Source: Antedon mediterranea (lineage: Eukaryota; Animalia; Echinodermata). From it: a DNA stretch of 64,000 nucleotides. Numbering within the stretch: the first letter of the stretch is position 1; each line of letters starts with the position of its first letter. The position numbers were made by a program, and so were the translations under genes. Positions 52,901 to 63,037 of this stretch are shown here, piece by piece. The notes under the pieces are model-generated. The model worked only from the letters and a program-made list of their open reading frames with translations, was not told the origin of the DNA and did no database searches. The DNA lies in contig NC_092673.1 of NCBI RefSeq assembly GCF_964355755.1, positions 34,531,648 through 34,595,647 on the forward strand, read 5' to 3'.

Positions 52901-55900
52901 CTTTAACCGCTAAGCAACAGCGCCTTCCTGTATTGCTTAATTACGTTAAGAAAAATAATAACTAAAAAACGTTTTGTATATTAAAATGGTATACGATGGA
53001 TATTAAGGCACTGATTGGATTTGAACCGGGGACCTCCTGTTTACTAGACAGGCGCTTTAACCTTCCTGTAATGATGAATTCGGTTAAAAAGATAGTAACT
53101 GAAAAAACGTTTTGTATATTAAAATGGTATACGATAAAAATGAAGGCACTGCCCGGATTTGAACCAAGAATCTCCTGTTTACAAGACAGGCGCTTTAACC
53201 GCTAATCCACAGCGCCTTGCTGTGATGCTGACTACCTTAAAAAAAAAATAACTGAAAAACCTTTTGTATATTAAAATGGTATACAATAAAAATAAAGGCA
53301 CTGCCCGGATTTGAACCGAGGATCTCCTGTTTACTAGACGCTAAGCCACAGCGCCTTACTGTAATGCTGAATTACGTTAAGAAAAATAATAACTAAAAAA
53401 CGTTTTGTATATTAAAATGGTATACGATGGATATTAAGGCACTGATTGGATTTGAACCGGGGATCTCCTGTTTACTAGACAGGCGCTTTAACCTTCCTGT
53501 AATGATGAATTCGGTTAAAAAGATAGTAACTGAAAAAACGTTTTGTATATTAAAATGGTATACGATAAAAATGAAGGCACTGCCCGGATTTGAACCAAGA
53601 ATCTTCTGTTTACAAGACAGGTGCTTTAACCGCTAAGCCACAGCTCCTTGCTGTAATGCTGACTACCTTAAAAAAAAAATAACTGAAAAACGTTTTGTAT
53701 ATTAAAATGGTATACAATAAAAATCAAGGCACTGCCCGGATTTGAACCAGGGATCTCCTGTTTACTAGAAAGGCACTTTAACCGTTAAACCACAACGCCT
53801 TCCTGTATTGCTTAATTACGTTAAGAAAAATAATAACTTAAAAAAGTTTTGGTAAATTGAACTGGTATACGATCAAAATTAAGGCACTGCCCGGATTTGA
53901 ACCGGGGATCTCCTGTTTACAAGACAGGCGCTTTAACCGCTAAGCAACAGCACCCTCCTGTATTGCTTAATTACGTTAAGAAAAATAATAACTGAAAAAC
54001 ATTTTGTTTAATAAAATGGTATACGATAAAAATTAAGGCACTGGCTGGAGTTGAACCGTGGATCTCTTGTTTACTAGACAGGCGCTTTAACCAATAAGCC
54101 ACAGCACCTTGCTGTAATTTTGAATTACGTTAAAAAAAATGATAATTTAAAAACATTTTGTATATTAAAATGGTATACGATAAAAATGAAGGCACTGCCC
54201 GGATTTGAACCAGGGATCTCCTGTTTACTAGACAGGCGCTTTAACCGCTAAGCCACAGCACCTTACTGTAGTTTTGAATTACGTTAACAAAACAATAATG
54301 AAAAAACATTTTGTATATTAAAATGGTATACGATAAAAATAAAGGCCCTGCACGGATTTGAACCGGGGATCTCCTGTTTAGAAGACAGGCGCTTTAACCG
54401 CTAAGCAACAGCGCCTTCCTGTATTGCTTAATTACGTTAAGAAAAATAATAACTAAAAAACGTTTTGTATATTAAAATGGTATACGATGGATATTAAGGC
54501 ACTGATTGGATTTGAACCGGGGACCTCCTGTTTACTAGACAGGCGCTTTAACCTTCCTGTAATGATGAATTCGGTTAAAAAGATAGTAACTGAAAAAACG
54601 TTTTGTATATTAAAATGGTATACGATAAAAATGAAGGCACTGCCCGGATTTGAACCAAGAATCTCCTGTTTACAAGACAGGCGCTTTAACCGCTAATCCA
54701 CAGCGCCTTGCTGTGATGCTGACTACCTTAAAAAAAAAATAACTGAAAAACCTTTTGTATATTAAAATGGTATACAATAAAAATAAAGGCACTGCCCGGA
54801 TTTGAACCGAGGATCTCCTGTTTACTAGACGCTAAGCCACAGCGCCTTACTGTAATGCTGAATTACGTTAAGAAAAATAATAACTTAAAAAGTTTTTGTA
54901 TATTAAAATGGTATACAATAAAAATCAAGGCAGTGCCCGGATTTGAACCCGGGATCTCCTGTTTACAAGACAGGCGCTTTAACCGCTAAGCCACAGCGCC
55001 TTGCTGTGATGCTGACTACCTTAAAAAAAAAATAACTGAAAAACCTTTTGTATATTAAAATGGTATACAATAAAAATAAAGGCACTGCCCGGATTTGAAC
55101 CGAGGATCTCCTGTTTACTAGACGCTAAGCCACAGCGCCTTACTGTAATGCGGAATTACGTTAAGAAAAATAATAACTTAAAAAGTTTTTGTATATTAAA
55201 ATGGTATACAATAAAAATCAAGGCACTGCCCGGATTTGAACCCGGGATCTCCTGTTTACTAGACAGGCGCTTTAACCGCTAAGCCACAGCGCCTTACTGT
55301 AGTTTTGAATTAGGTTAACAAAATAATAATGAAAAAACATTTTGTATATTAAAATGGTATACGATAAAAATGAAGGCCCTGCCCGGATTTGAACCGGGGA
55401 TCTCCTGTTTACAAGACAGGCGCTTTAACCGCTAAGCCACAGCGCCTTGCTGTAATGCTGAATTACGTTAAAAAAATAATAACTTAAAAAAGTTTTTGTA
55501 AATTAAACTGGTATACGATCAGAATTAAGGCACTGCCCGGATTTGAACCAGGGATCTCCTGTTTACTAGACAGGCACTTTAACCGCTAAACCACAACGCC
55601 TTCCTGTATTGCTTAATTACGTTAAGAAAAATAATAACTTAAAAAAGTTTTGGTAAATTGAACTGGTATACGATCAAAATCAAGGCACTGCCCGGATTTG
55701 AACCGGGGATCTCCTGTTTACAAGACAGGCGCTTTAACCGCTAAGCAACAGCACCCTCCTGTATTGCTTAATTACGTTATGAAAAATAATAACTGAAAAA
55801 CATTTTGTTTAATAAAATGGTATACGATAAAAATTAAGGCAGTGGCTGGAGTTGAACCGGGGATCTCTTGTTTACTAGACAGGCGCTTTAACCAATAAGC

Positions 55901-58299
55901 CACAGCGCCTTGCTGTAATTTTGAATTACGTTAAAAAAATAATAATTAAAAAACATTTTGTATATTAAAATGGTATACGATAAAAATGAAGGCACTGCCG
56001 GATTTGATCCAGGGATCTCCTGTTTACTAGACAGGCGCTTTAACCGCTAAGCCACAGCTCCTTAATGTAGTTTTGAATTACGTTAACCAAATAATAATGA
56101 AAAAACATTTTGTATATTAAAATGGTATACGATAAAAATAAAGGCCCTGCACGGATTTGAACCGGGGATCTCCTGTTCACAAGACAGGCGCTTTAACCGC
56201 TAAGCCACAGCGCCTTCCTGTATTGCTTAATTACGTTAAGAAAAATAATAACTAAAAAACGTTTTGTATATTAAAATGGTATACGATGGATATTAAGGCA
56301 CTGATTGGATTTGAACTGTTTACTAGACAGGCGCTTTAACCTTGCTGTAATGATGAATTCGGTTAAAAAGATAGTAACTGAAAAAACATTTTGTATATTA
56401 AAATGGTATACGATAAAAATAGAGGCCCTGCACAGATTTGAACCGGGGATCTCCTGTTTACAAGACAGGCGCTTTAACCGCTAAGCCACAGCGCCATGCT
56501 GTAATGCTGACTACCTTAAAAAAAAATAACTGAAAAACGTTTTGTATATTAAAATGGTATACAATAAAAATAAAGGCACTCCCCGGATTTGAACCGGGGA
56601 TCTCCTGTTTACTAGACGCTAAGCCACAGCGCCTTACTGTAATGCTGAATTACGTTAAGAAAAATAATAACTTAAAAAGTTTTTGTATATTAAAATGGTA
56701 TACAATAAAAATCAAGGCACTGCCCGGATTTGAATCGGGGATCTCCTGTTTACAAGACAGGCGCTTTAACCGCTGAGCAACAGCGACTTGCTGTAATTTT
56801 GATTTACGTTAAAAAAAATAATAATGAAAAAACATTTTGTATATTATAATGGTATATGATAAAAATTAAGACAGCGCCCGGATTTGAACCGGGGATATCC
56901 TGTTTACAAGACAGACGCTTTAACCGCTAAGCAACAGCGCCTTCCTGTATTGCTTAATTACGTTAAGAAAAATAATAACTAAAAAACGTTTTGTATATTA
57001 AAATGGTATACGATGGATATTAAGGCACTGATTGGATTTGAACCGGGGATCTCCTGTTTACTAGACAGGCGCTTTAACCTTGCTCGAATGATGAATTCGG
57101 TTAAAAAGATAGTAACTGAAAAAACGTTTTGTATATTAAAATGGTATACGATAAAAATGAAGGCACTGCCCGGATTTGAACCAAGAATCTCCTGTTTACA
57201 AGACAGGCGCTTTAACCGCTAAGCCACAGCGCCTTGCTGTAATGCTGACTACCTTAAAAAAAAAATAACTGAAAAACGTTTTGTATATTAAAATGGTATA
57301 CAATAAAAATAAAGGCACTGCCCGGATTTGAACCGGGGATCTCCTGTTTACTAGACAGACGCTTTAACCGCTAAGCCACAGCGCCTTACTGTAGTTTTGA
57401 ATTACGTTAACAAAATAATAATGAAAAAACATTTTGTATATTAAAATGGTATACGATAAAAAGAAGGCCCTGCCCGGATTTGAACCGGGGATCTCCTGTT
57501 TACAAGACAGGCGCTTTAACCGCTAAGCCACAGCGCCTTGCTGTAATGCTGAATTACGTTAAAAAAATAATAATGAAAAAACATTTTGTATATTAAAATG
57601 GTATACGATAAAAATGAAGGCCCTGCCCGGATTTGAACCGAGGATCTCCTGTTTACTAGACGCTAAGCCACAGCGCCTTACTGTAATGCTGAATTACGTT
57701 AAGAAAAATAATAACTTAAAAAGTTTTTGTATATTAAAATGGTATACAATAAAAATCAAGGCAGTGCCCGGATTTGAACCCGGGATCTCCTGTTTACAAG
57801 ACAGGCGCTTTAACCGCTAAGCAACAGCGACTTGCAGTAATTTTGATTTACGTTAAAAAAAATAATAATGTAAAAACATTTTGTATATTATAATGGTATA
57901 TGATAAAAATTAAGACAGCGCCCGGATTTGAACCGGGGATCTCCTGTTTACAAGACAGGCGCTTTAACCGCTAAGCAACAGCGCCATCCTGTATTGCTTA
58001 ATTACGTTAAGAAAAATAATAACTAAAAAACGTTTTGTATATTAAAATGGTATACGATGGATATTAAGGCACTGATTGGATTTGAACCGGGGATCTCCTG
58101 TTTACTAGACAGGCGCTTTCATTTCATTTTTTTTTCATTTTCATTTATTCCACATTTATTTAGTCATCAATTACAGTACATCATAATTACAGTACAACTG
58201 AGAACAGGGATCCTGCATAAAAAAGCTATAGCTTCGTTTTTTTGTAGGACCCTTTTACATAAGAACAAGTATATAGAACTTAAATAAACAAAGGTGTTG

Positions 58300-61200
58300 T
58301 TAATCAGCATATAGTGATAAAAAGTATTTTTTAACCTGTTTTTTTATACATTTATTTTGTTTCTTTAAGATAACCGGTTTATTACCACCATTACAAGTGA
58401 ATTCTTTCCACAATTTTGGTCCATATATGTGTATAAACTGTTGACTGCAAGTTAGTCTTGTGAAGGGAATTTCGAATTCAGTTTCTGTTCTGAGGTTATG
58501 AGTAGGCCTAATACTGTCACAGTAATTAAAAATATTTAAAATGTGATGTGGTAATTCATTGAATTTTACGTTTGCCATAAATCCTATGACGTTTACTTTG
58601 TAAATATCATAAACGTTTAATATTTTTAGTTTCTTAAACAGTGGCTCTGAGGCTTGTCTGGATTTAGAGAAGGTAATGCATTTTACAGCTCTCTTTTGGA
58701 GTTTTAGTATTACTTCTAACGTGCTCTTGTATGTATTTCCCCATATTAAGTTACCATACTGAAGGTGAGGTAATACTAAGGTGTTATAAAGACTAATACG
58801 GACTTTATGAGGAAAGAATTCTCTTACTTTTAAAAGTATACCAATTGCCCTAGACATTTTTTTCCTAATAAGCTGTATGTGATGTTTCCAGTTAAGATTT
58901 TCGTTTAACATTACACCTAGAAATGTCACATTTTCTTTTCTATGTAATAACACATTATTCATTTTTATTTTAAACTGGTTTTTGTCAAAGTTCTTTTGGC
59001 TAGTTCTAAAAACAACGTAATTAGTTTTGCTGACATTCAGTAACAGTTTATTTGCTTTAAGCCATACGTTTATTTTTTCTAGTTCAATATTCATAGTATG
59101 GTTTAACATTGTAGGGTCATCTCCCCTTGTTATACAAGTTGTGTCGTCAGCAAAACTAATTATATCTATTTTACTACTTGCTCGACTTATATCATTGATG
59201 TAAATTAAAAACAAAAGTGGTCCTAAAACAGAACCCTGTGGCACCCCTATATTGGTGTCTTTTAAACATGATGATCTACCGTTGGCATAAACATATTGTT
59301 TGCGGCCACTTAAATAGTTTCTAAACCACATTAAAACGATGCCTCTTATACCATAATGCGCCAATTTGCTCAACAGAATACTGTGATCGATAATGTCAAA
59401 CGCTTTTGACAAATCCATAAAGGTAGTAAGTGCATATTCCTTTTTTTCAAATGCATTTAATATTTTATGGACCAAGTCGATCATAGCATGAGAAGTTGAG
59501 TGTTTGTTTCTAAATCCATATTGATTGTTGCTTAACACTTTACATTTTGTAAGATAATTGTATAATTGATTATGGATAATCTTTTCAAAAACTTTCGAAA
59601 AAATGGGCAACAGCGATATGGGACGATAGTTTGAGGCCAAATGGCGGTCCCCTTTTTTATGTATGGGAACTACTTTGGAAATTTTCAACTTCCCTGGTAT
59701 TAGTCCAGTTTGAAGTGATAAATTAAAAATATATGTCAGCGGCTTTAAAATATTGTATTTTACTTCCTTTACAACTTTAGCTGAAATGTCATCAAATCCG
59801 GAGGCTTTGTTTGAATCGAGAGATTCAATAACTTTTATTACCTCCTCCTCATCAACATAGCAAAAAAACATTGAGTTACGTTGTTTGTTTGTGAGGTATT
59901 CAGAATATTTTGTCGTAGTAGACTCAATATTGTCTTGAACCTTACAACCTACATTAATAAAATAATCATTAATATGATTTACAACATTTTCGCAACCATG
60001 TATAGTTTCATTGCTATGTGTAAAAGAAGATGGAACTTTAGTTTTTCCTTTATTCGGATCAATTACATCATTTATAACATTCCATGTTTTTTTAATATTA
60101 CCATTTGTTCGATTGAAAAGATTTTCATAATACATCTTTTTGGCGATTTTGCACGTGCGTGCAAAAGCTTTTTTAAATTCTTTATACGTATTTTTGTTTT
60201 TTACAGTAGGGTTTTTTATGAACCTTTTATACAGTACATGCTTTCTTTTACTTGACCTTAGTAACCCAAAACTCATCCAGGGCTGCTTGAATTTGTCATA
60301 CTGTTTTGATGACTTTACAGTTTTTTTAAGGTGTTTGTTATATAGAAACTTAAAATTATCCAGAAAATCATTATAAGCGATTTCTGGATCAGTCGCTTCA
60401 TATACTCCAAGCCACTCTGCACTTAATAAATCACTATTTAGTTTCATAATATTTCTATTGTTAACTATATACGTGTCACATGAGACTGAGGTGCCTTTAT
60501 TCATGTGCGTGTTTACGTGGGAAGACGAAGCAGAGTGAGTTATTTGATATACTGGTAAATGGTCGGAAATGTCCGAGATTAGTATACCAGATAGAACTTT
60601 TTCGGAAATTGTATTTGAAAATATGTTGTCAATTAGTGTTACTGACTGATCTTGTATTCTAGTTGGTCTAGATATAGATGGATAAAACGAGTGAGATATC
60701 ATTATTTCAATAAAATCATTTACATCACTGCATGTTACATGTTTAAGCAGATTGATATTAAAATCTCCCATGATATAACATGGTTTACCTTCTTTGTCTA
60801 TAGCAGTGAGGACATCTTCAAGTGAATCATTAAAAACATCTATTTTCATGTCTGGTGGTCTGTAGACAGTACCAACAATTGCATTTTTACACTTTTTTTC
60901 AATTATCTCAATAAACAGACATTCACAGAACTTAATTTTCAAATCGGTTCTTGTTTTGACCTCTATAGTATTTGAAATAAACAAGCCAACACCACCTCCT
61001 TTTCGATTTTCCCTGTCTAGAGCATGGAAATCGTAGTTTGGTAAGTATGGTCTAGGTGATGTTTCTTTAAGCCATGTTTCTGATAAGCCAATTACAGTGA
61101 ATGGGTGTTTAATGCCGTTTAAACAAGTAATTAATTCATCTAAGTGTTTGTTAATACTTCTGATATTATAGTGTAAAAATGAGTAGCTGATATTATTTAT

Positions 61201-61416
61201 TTTATTAACCGAGTCATTTAACTGGTCTGTGCTCATATACGAGCATGTCTCTATCGTACATATTTTATTGCTAAGACTATGATCAGTTAGTTCATCCTGT
61301 TCGTCAAAGTTGTTACATAGAGTAATAGGATTGAATAATATATCAGTTTGATTTGATAGATTGTCATTGTTTATACTTGTTGCGCTTTCAGGGTTTGCTT
61401 GAGTAGACTTTTCCAT
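58300..61416 (-). CDS. LINE ORF2: APE endonuclease + reverse transcriptase (1038 aa)
   Basis: HYNIRS, GLSETW, GGGV, VYRPP, MGDFN, TLIDNIF, SDHLP; NYRPISLL, DLSKAFD, GVPQGSVLGPLLFLIYIND, FADD; no stops or frameshifts. Confidence 0.96.
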   Translation of the reverse strand: MEKSTQANPESATSINNDNLSNQTDILFNPITLCNNFDEQDELTDHSLSNKICTIETCSYMSTDQLNDSVNKINNISYSFLHYNIRSINKHLDELITCLNGIKHPFTVIGLSETWLKETSPRPYLPNYDFHALDRENRKGGGVGLFISNTIEVKTRTDLKIKFCECLFIEIIEKKCKNAIVGTVYRPPDMKIDVFNDSLEDVLTAIDKEGKPCYIMGDFNINLLKHVTCSDVNDFIEIMISHSFYPSISRPTRIQDQSVTLIDNIFSNTISEKVLSGILISDISDHLPVYQITHSASSSHVNTHMNKGTSVSCDTYIVNNRNIMKLNSDLLSAEWLGVYEATDPEIAYNDFLDNFKFLYNKHLKKTVKSSKQYDKFKQPWMSFGLLRSSKRKHVLYKRFIKNPTVKNKNTYKEFKKAFARTCKIAKKMYYENLFNRTNGNIKKTWNVINDVIDPNKGKTKVPSSFTHSNETIHGCENVVNHINDYFINVGCKVQDNIESTTTKYSEYLTNKQRNSMFFCYVDEEEVIKVIESLDSNKASGFDDISAKVVKEVKYNILKPLTYIFNLSLQTGLIPGKLKISKVVPIHKKGDRHLASNYRPISLLPIFSKVFEKIIHNQLYNYLTKCKVLSNNQYGFRNKHSTSHAMIDLVHKILNAFEKKEYALTTFMDLSKAFDIIDHSILLSKLAHYGIRGIVLMWFRNYLSGRKQYVYANGRSSCLKDTNIGVPQGSVLGPLLFLIYINDISRASSKIDIISFADDTTCITRGDDPTMLNHTMNIELEKINVWLKANKLLLNVSKTNYVVFRTSQKNFDKNQFKIKMNNVLLHRKENVTFLGVMLNENLNWKHHIQLIRKKMSRAIGILLKVREFFPHKVRISLYNTLVLPHLQYGNLIWGNTYKSTLEVILKLQKRAVKCITFSKSRQASEPLFKKLKILNVYDIYKVNVIGFMANVKFNELPHHILNIFNYCDSIRPTHNLRTETEFEIPFTRLTCSQQFIHIYGPKLWKEFTCNGGNKPVILKKQNKCIKKQVKKYFLSLYAD

Positions 61417-61426
61417 GTTACTTTGG

Positions 61427-63037
61427 TTATTTCGGTTTTAACTTCTGTCTCTTGTACGATGTACTCGGGCGTTGTAACTTGAGGGTTAACTGGACTTTGC
61501 ATCGAATGTTGCTAGCAAGTAGACTTGTTCCATTTTGAGATAGGTGATATCCGTCTTGGGCCAATAAATTGTAGATAATGTTACCATTTCTAAGAAAATT
61601 GCTGTTGTCACAGAATGACAAGTTGTGTATATTGTCAAGTCTCATTGCGTGCTTGATTTCTGCGTTTACCATCTCAATTTTGTAATTTAGTTCCCCTACT
61701 CTCGGTAGACCCAGTGAGATGATAAAGTGGGTATTTGGGAATTCAATGGCATAACTTTTTATCATACTGTAGAGGGCGTTTGCACACTCCTCTGCGCTCA
61801 TATTTTTTATAGTGTTTGTGATTTCATGTATCACGATGCAGTCCGGGTCTTCCTGGAGGTTTTCTAGCGCGTCGCTAATGTCCGATAGGGTATACGCTTG
61901 TATTATTGTTGTATTTGCCATTGGAAGGAGACGATGAGCATCTATATTTTTTAGATGCGAGTTTCCTATTACCGTTATTGATGTTTTTTTTGATTGGCCC
62001 CTTTTTGGTCCGCCTACGCTGGTACTCCTACGATTTTCATGTTGATGTATCGGTAGACTTTTTATAGCATCTGCGTATGTTTGTTGTTTTTTTGCTTTCT
62101 GAACTATGTTGTAGTCAGAGGTATCAACAGCTATTTGTGTTCTTTTTATTTCATATGTTTCATCTTTTGCTTTAGATAGTTTTCGTTCTGTTTCAGTAAT
62201 CTTGTTTTGTAACGTCGTTATTTGATCTTCTTTAGTAGCTATTAGTTTTTCATATGATTTTATTGATTGTAAGTCGGATTGTAGTTTTCTGTTGTCTGTC
62301 TCTAATTGTTTTATTCTTTCAGTTGATTTATCGACATCTTTTCTTAGTTTGGTGTTTTCTTCGGATTTTTTTGGACAGCTTGGTGTGTTTCGAATTTGTT
62401 TTAATGATTCTATTTCTGACATAAGTTTTTTGTTTTCTGTCTGAAGTCTGCTGTTTTCGCCTGTGATCATCTTCACTTTTAGATCACAGTTCTCTTTGAT
62501 TACATTAAGCAGCGTGTCGGCGAAAAAACTTTCTAACTTTTTGATAGCATGTTTACAATCTATATGGGATTTAGATTGTGTGCTTTTACCAATCGTGTTT
62601 CCAGTGTCCGATGCTTTTATCGGTGTAGGTAGCCCTAGTAGTAGTTGTTGAGCTACACTATCAATGTAGTTTTCAGTTTCAGTGATGATGTCAATATCAG
62701 GGGTGATTTGGTCTTGATGATGTGTTGGATATTCCTTATTCAATATCGGTGGTAAGTCAAGTGATATTCCATCTGTATCAATAGCCTCGTTTATATTGCT
62801 ATTTGCGGGCACATCTTTTTCTTTATCAGTATTGTGATTGCTTATATCAGTTACCACGTTATCAATGTGCACATCATTTGCCTTTAGGTAATTAAGGGCT
62901 TTTTCCATATTGTAGAAAGACTGGAATTGGGCCCCATGAACGCTATCTGTGTTTTCTTGGCATTCAAGCCAGGACTTATATATTCCAGGATTTCTTCCCA
63001 CGGCGACTGCATAGATTTTTTTCTTTCTACACGCCAT
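61427..63037 (-). CDS. LINE ORF1 (536 aa): RNase H1-like hybrid-binding (Cauli_VI) domain + coiled coil + SGNH esterase-like domain
   Basis: ATG at 63037 (MACRKKK...). N-terminus IYAVAVGRNPGIYKSWLECQENTDSVHGAQFQSFYNMEKALNYL; central K/E/L/Q heptad region; C-terminus VIGNSH...VIHEITN...IISLGLPR...DGYHLSQNG. Confidence 0.88.
   Translation of the reverse strand: MACRKKKIYAVAVGRNPGIYKSWLECQENTDSVHGAQFQSFYNMEKALNYLKANDVHIDNVVTDISNHNTDKEKDVPANSNINEAIDTDGISLDLPPILNKEYPTHHQDQITPDIDIITETENYIDSVAQQLLLGLPTPIKASDTGNTIGKSTQSKSHIDCKHAIKKLESFFADTLLNVIKENCDLKVKMITGENSRLQTENKKLMSEIESLKQIRNTPSCPKKSEENTKLRKDVDKSTERIKQLETDNRKLQSDLQSIKSYEKLIATKEDQITTLQNKITETERKLSKAKDETYEIKRTQIAVDTSDYNIVQKAKKQQTYADAIKSLPIHQHENRRSTSVGGPKRGQSKKTSITVIGNSHLKNIDAHRLLPMANTTIIQAYTLSDISDALENLQEDPDCIVIHEITNTIKNMSAEECANALYSMIKSYAIEFPNTHFIISLGLPRVGELNYKIEMVNAEIKHAMRLDNIHNLSFCDNSNFLRNGNIIYNLLAQDGYHLSQNGTSLLASNIRCKVQLTLKLQRPSTSYKRQKLKPK

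Noticed and set aside
37270-58287. Recurring 60-76 aa ORFs (MDIKALIGFEPG..., MLNNVKKNN...)
   Set aside because: Chance translations of tRNA units, mostly antisense, repeated by the higher-order duplications.
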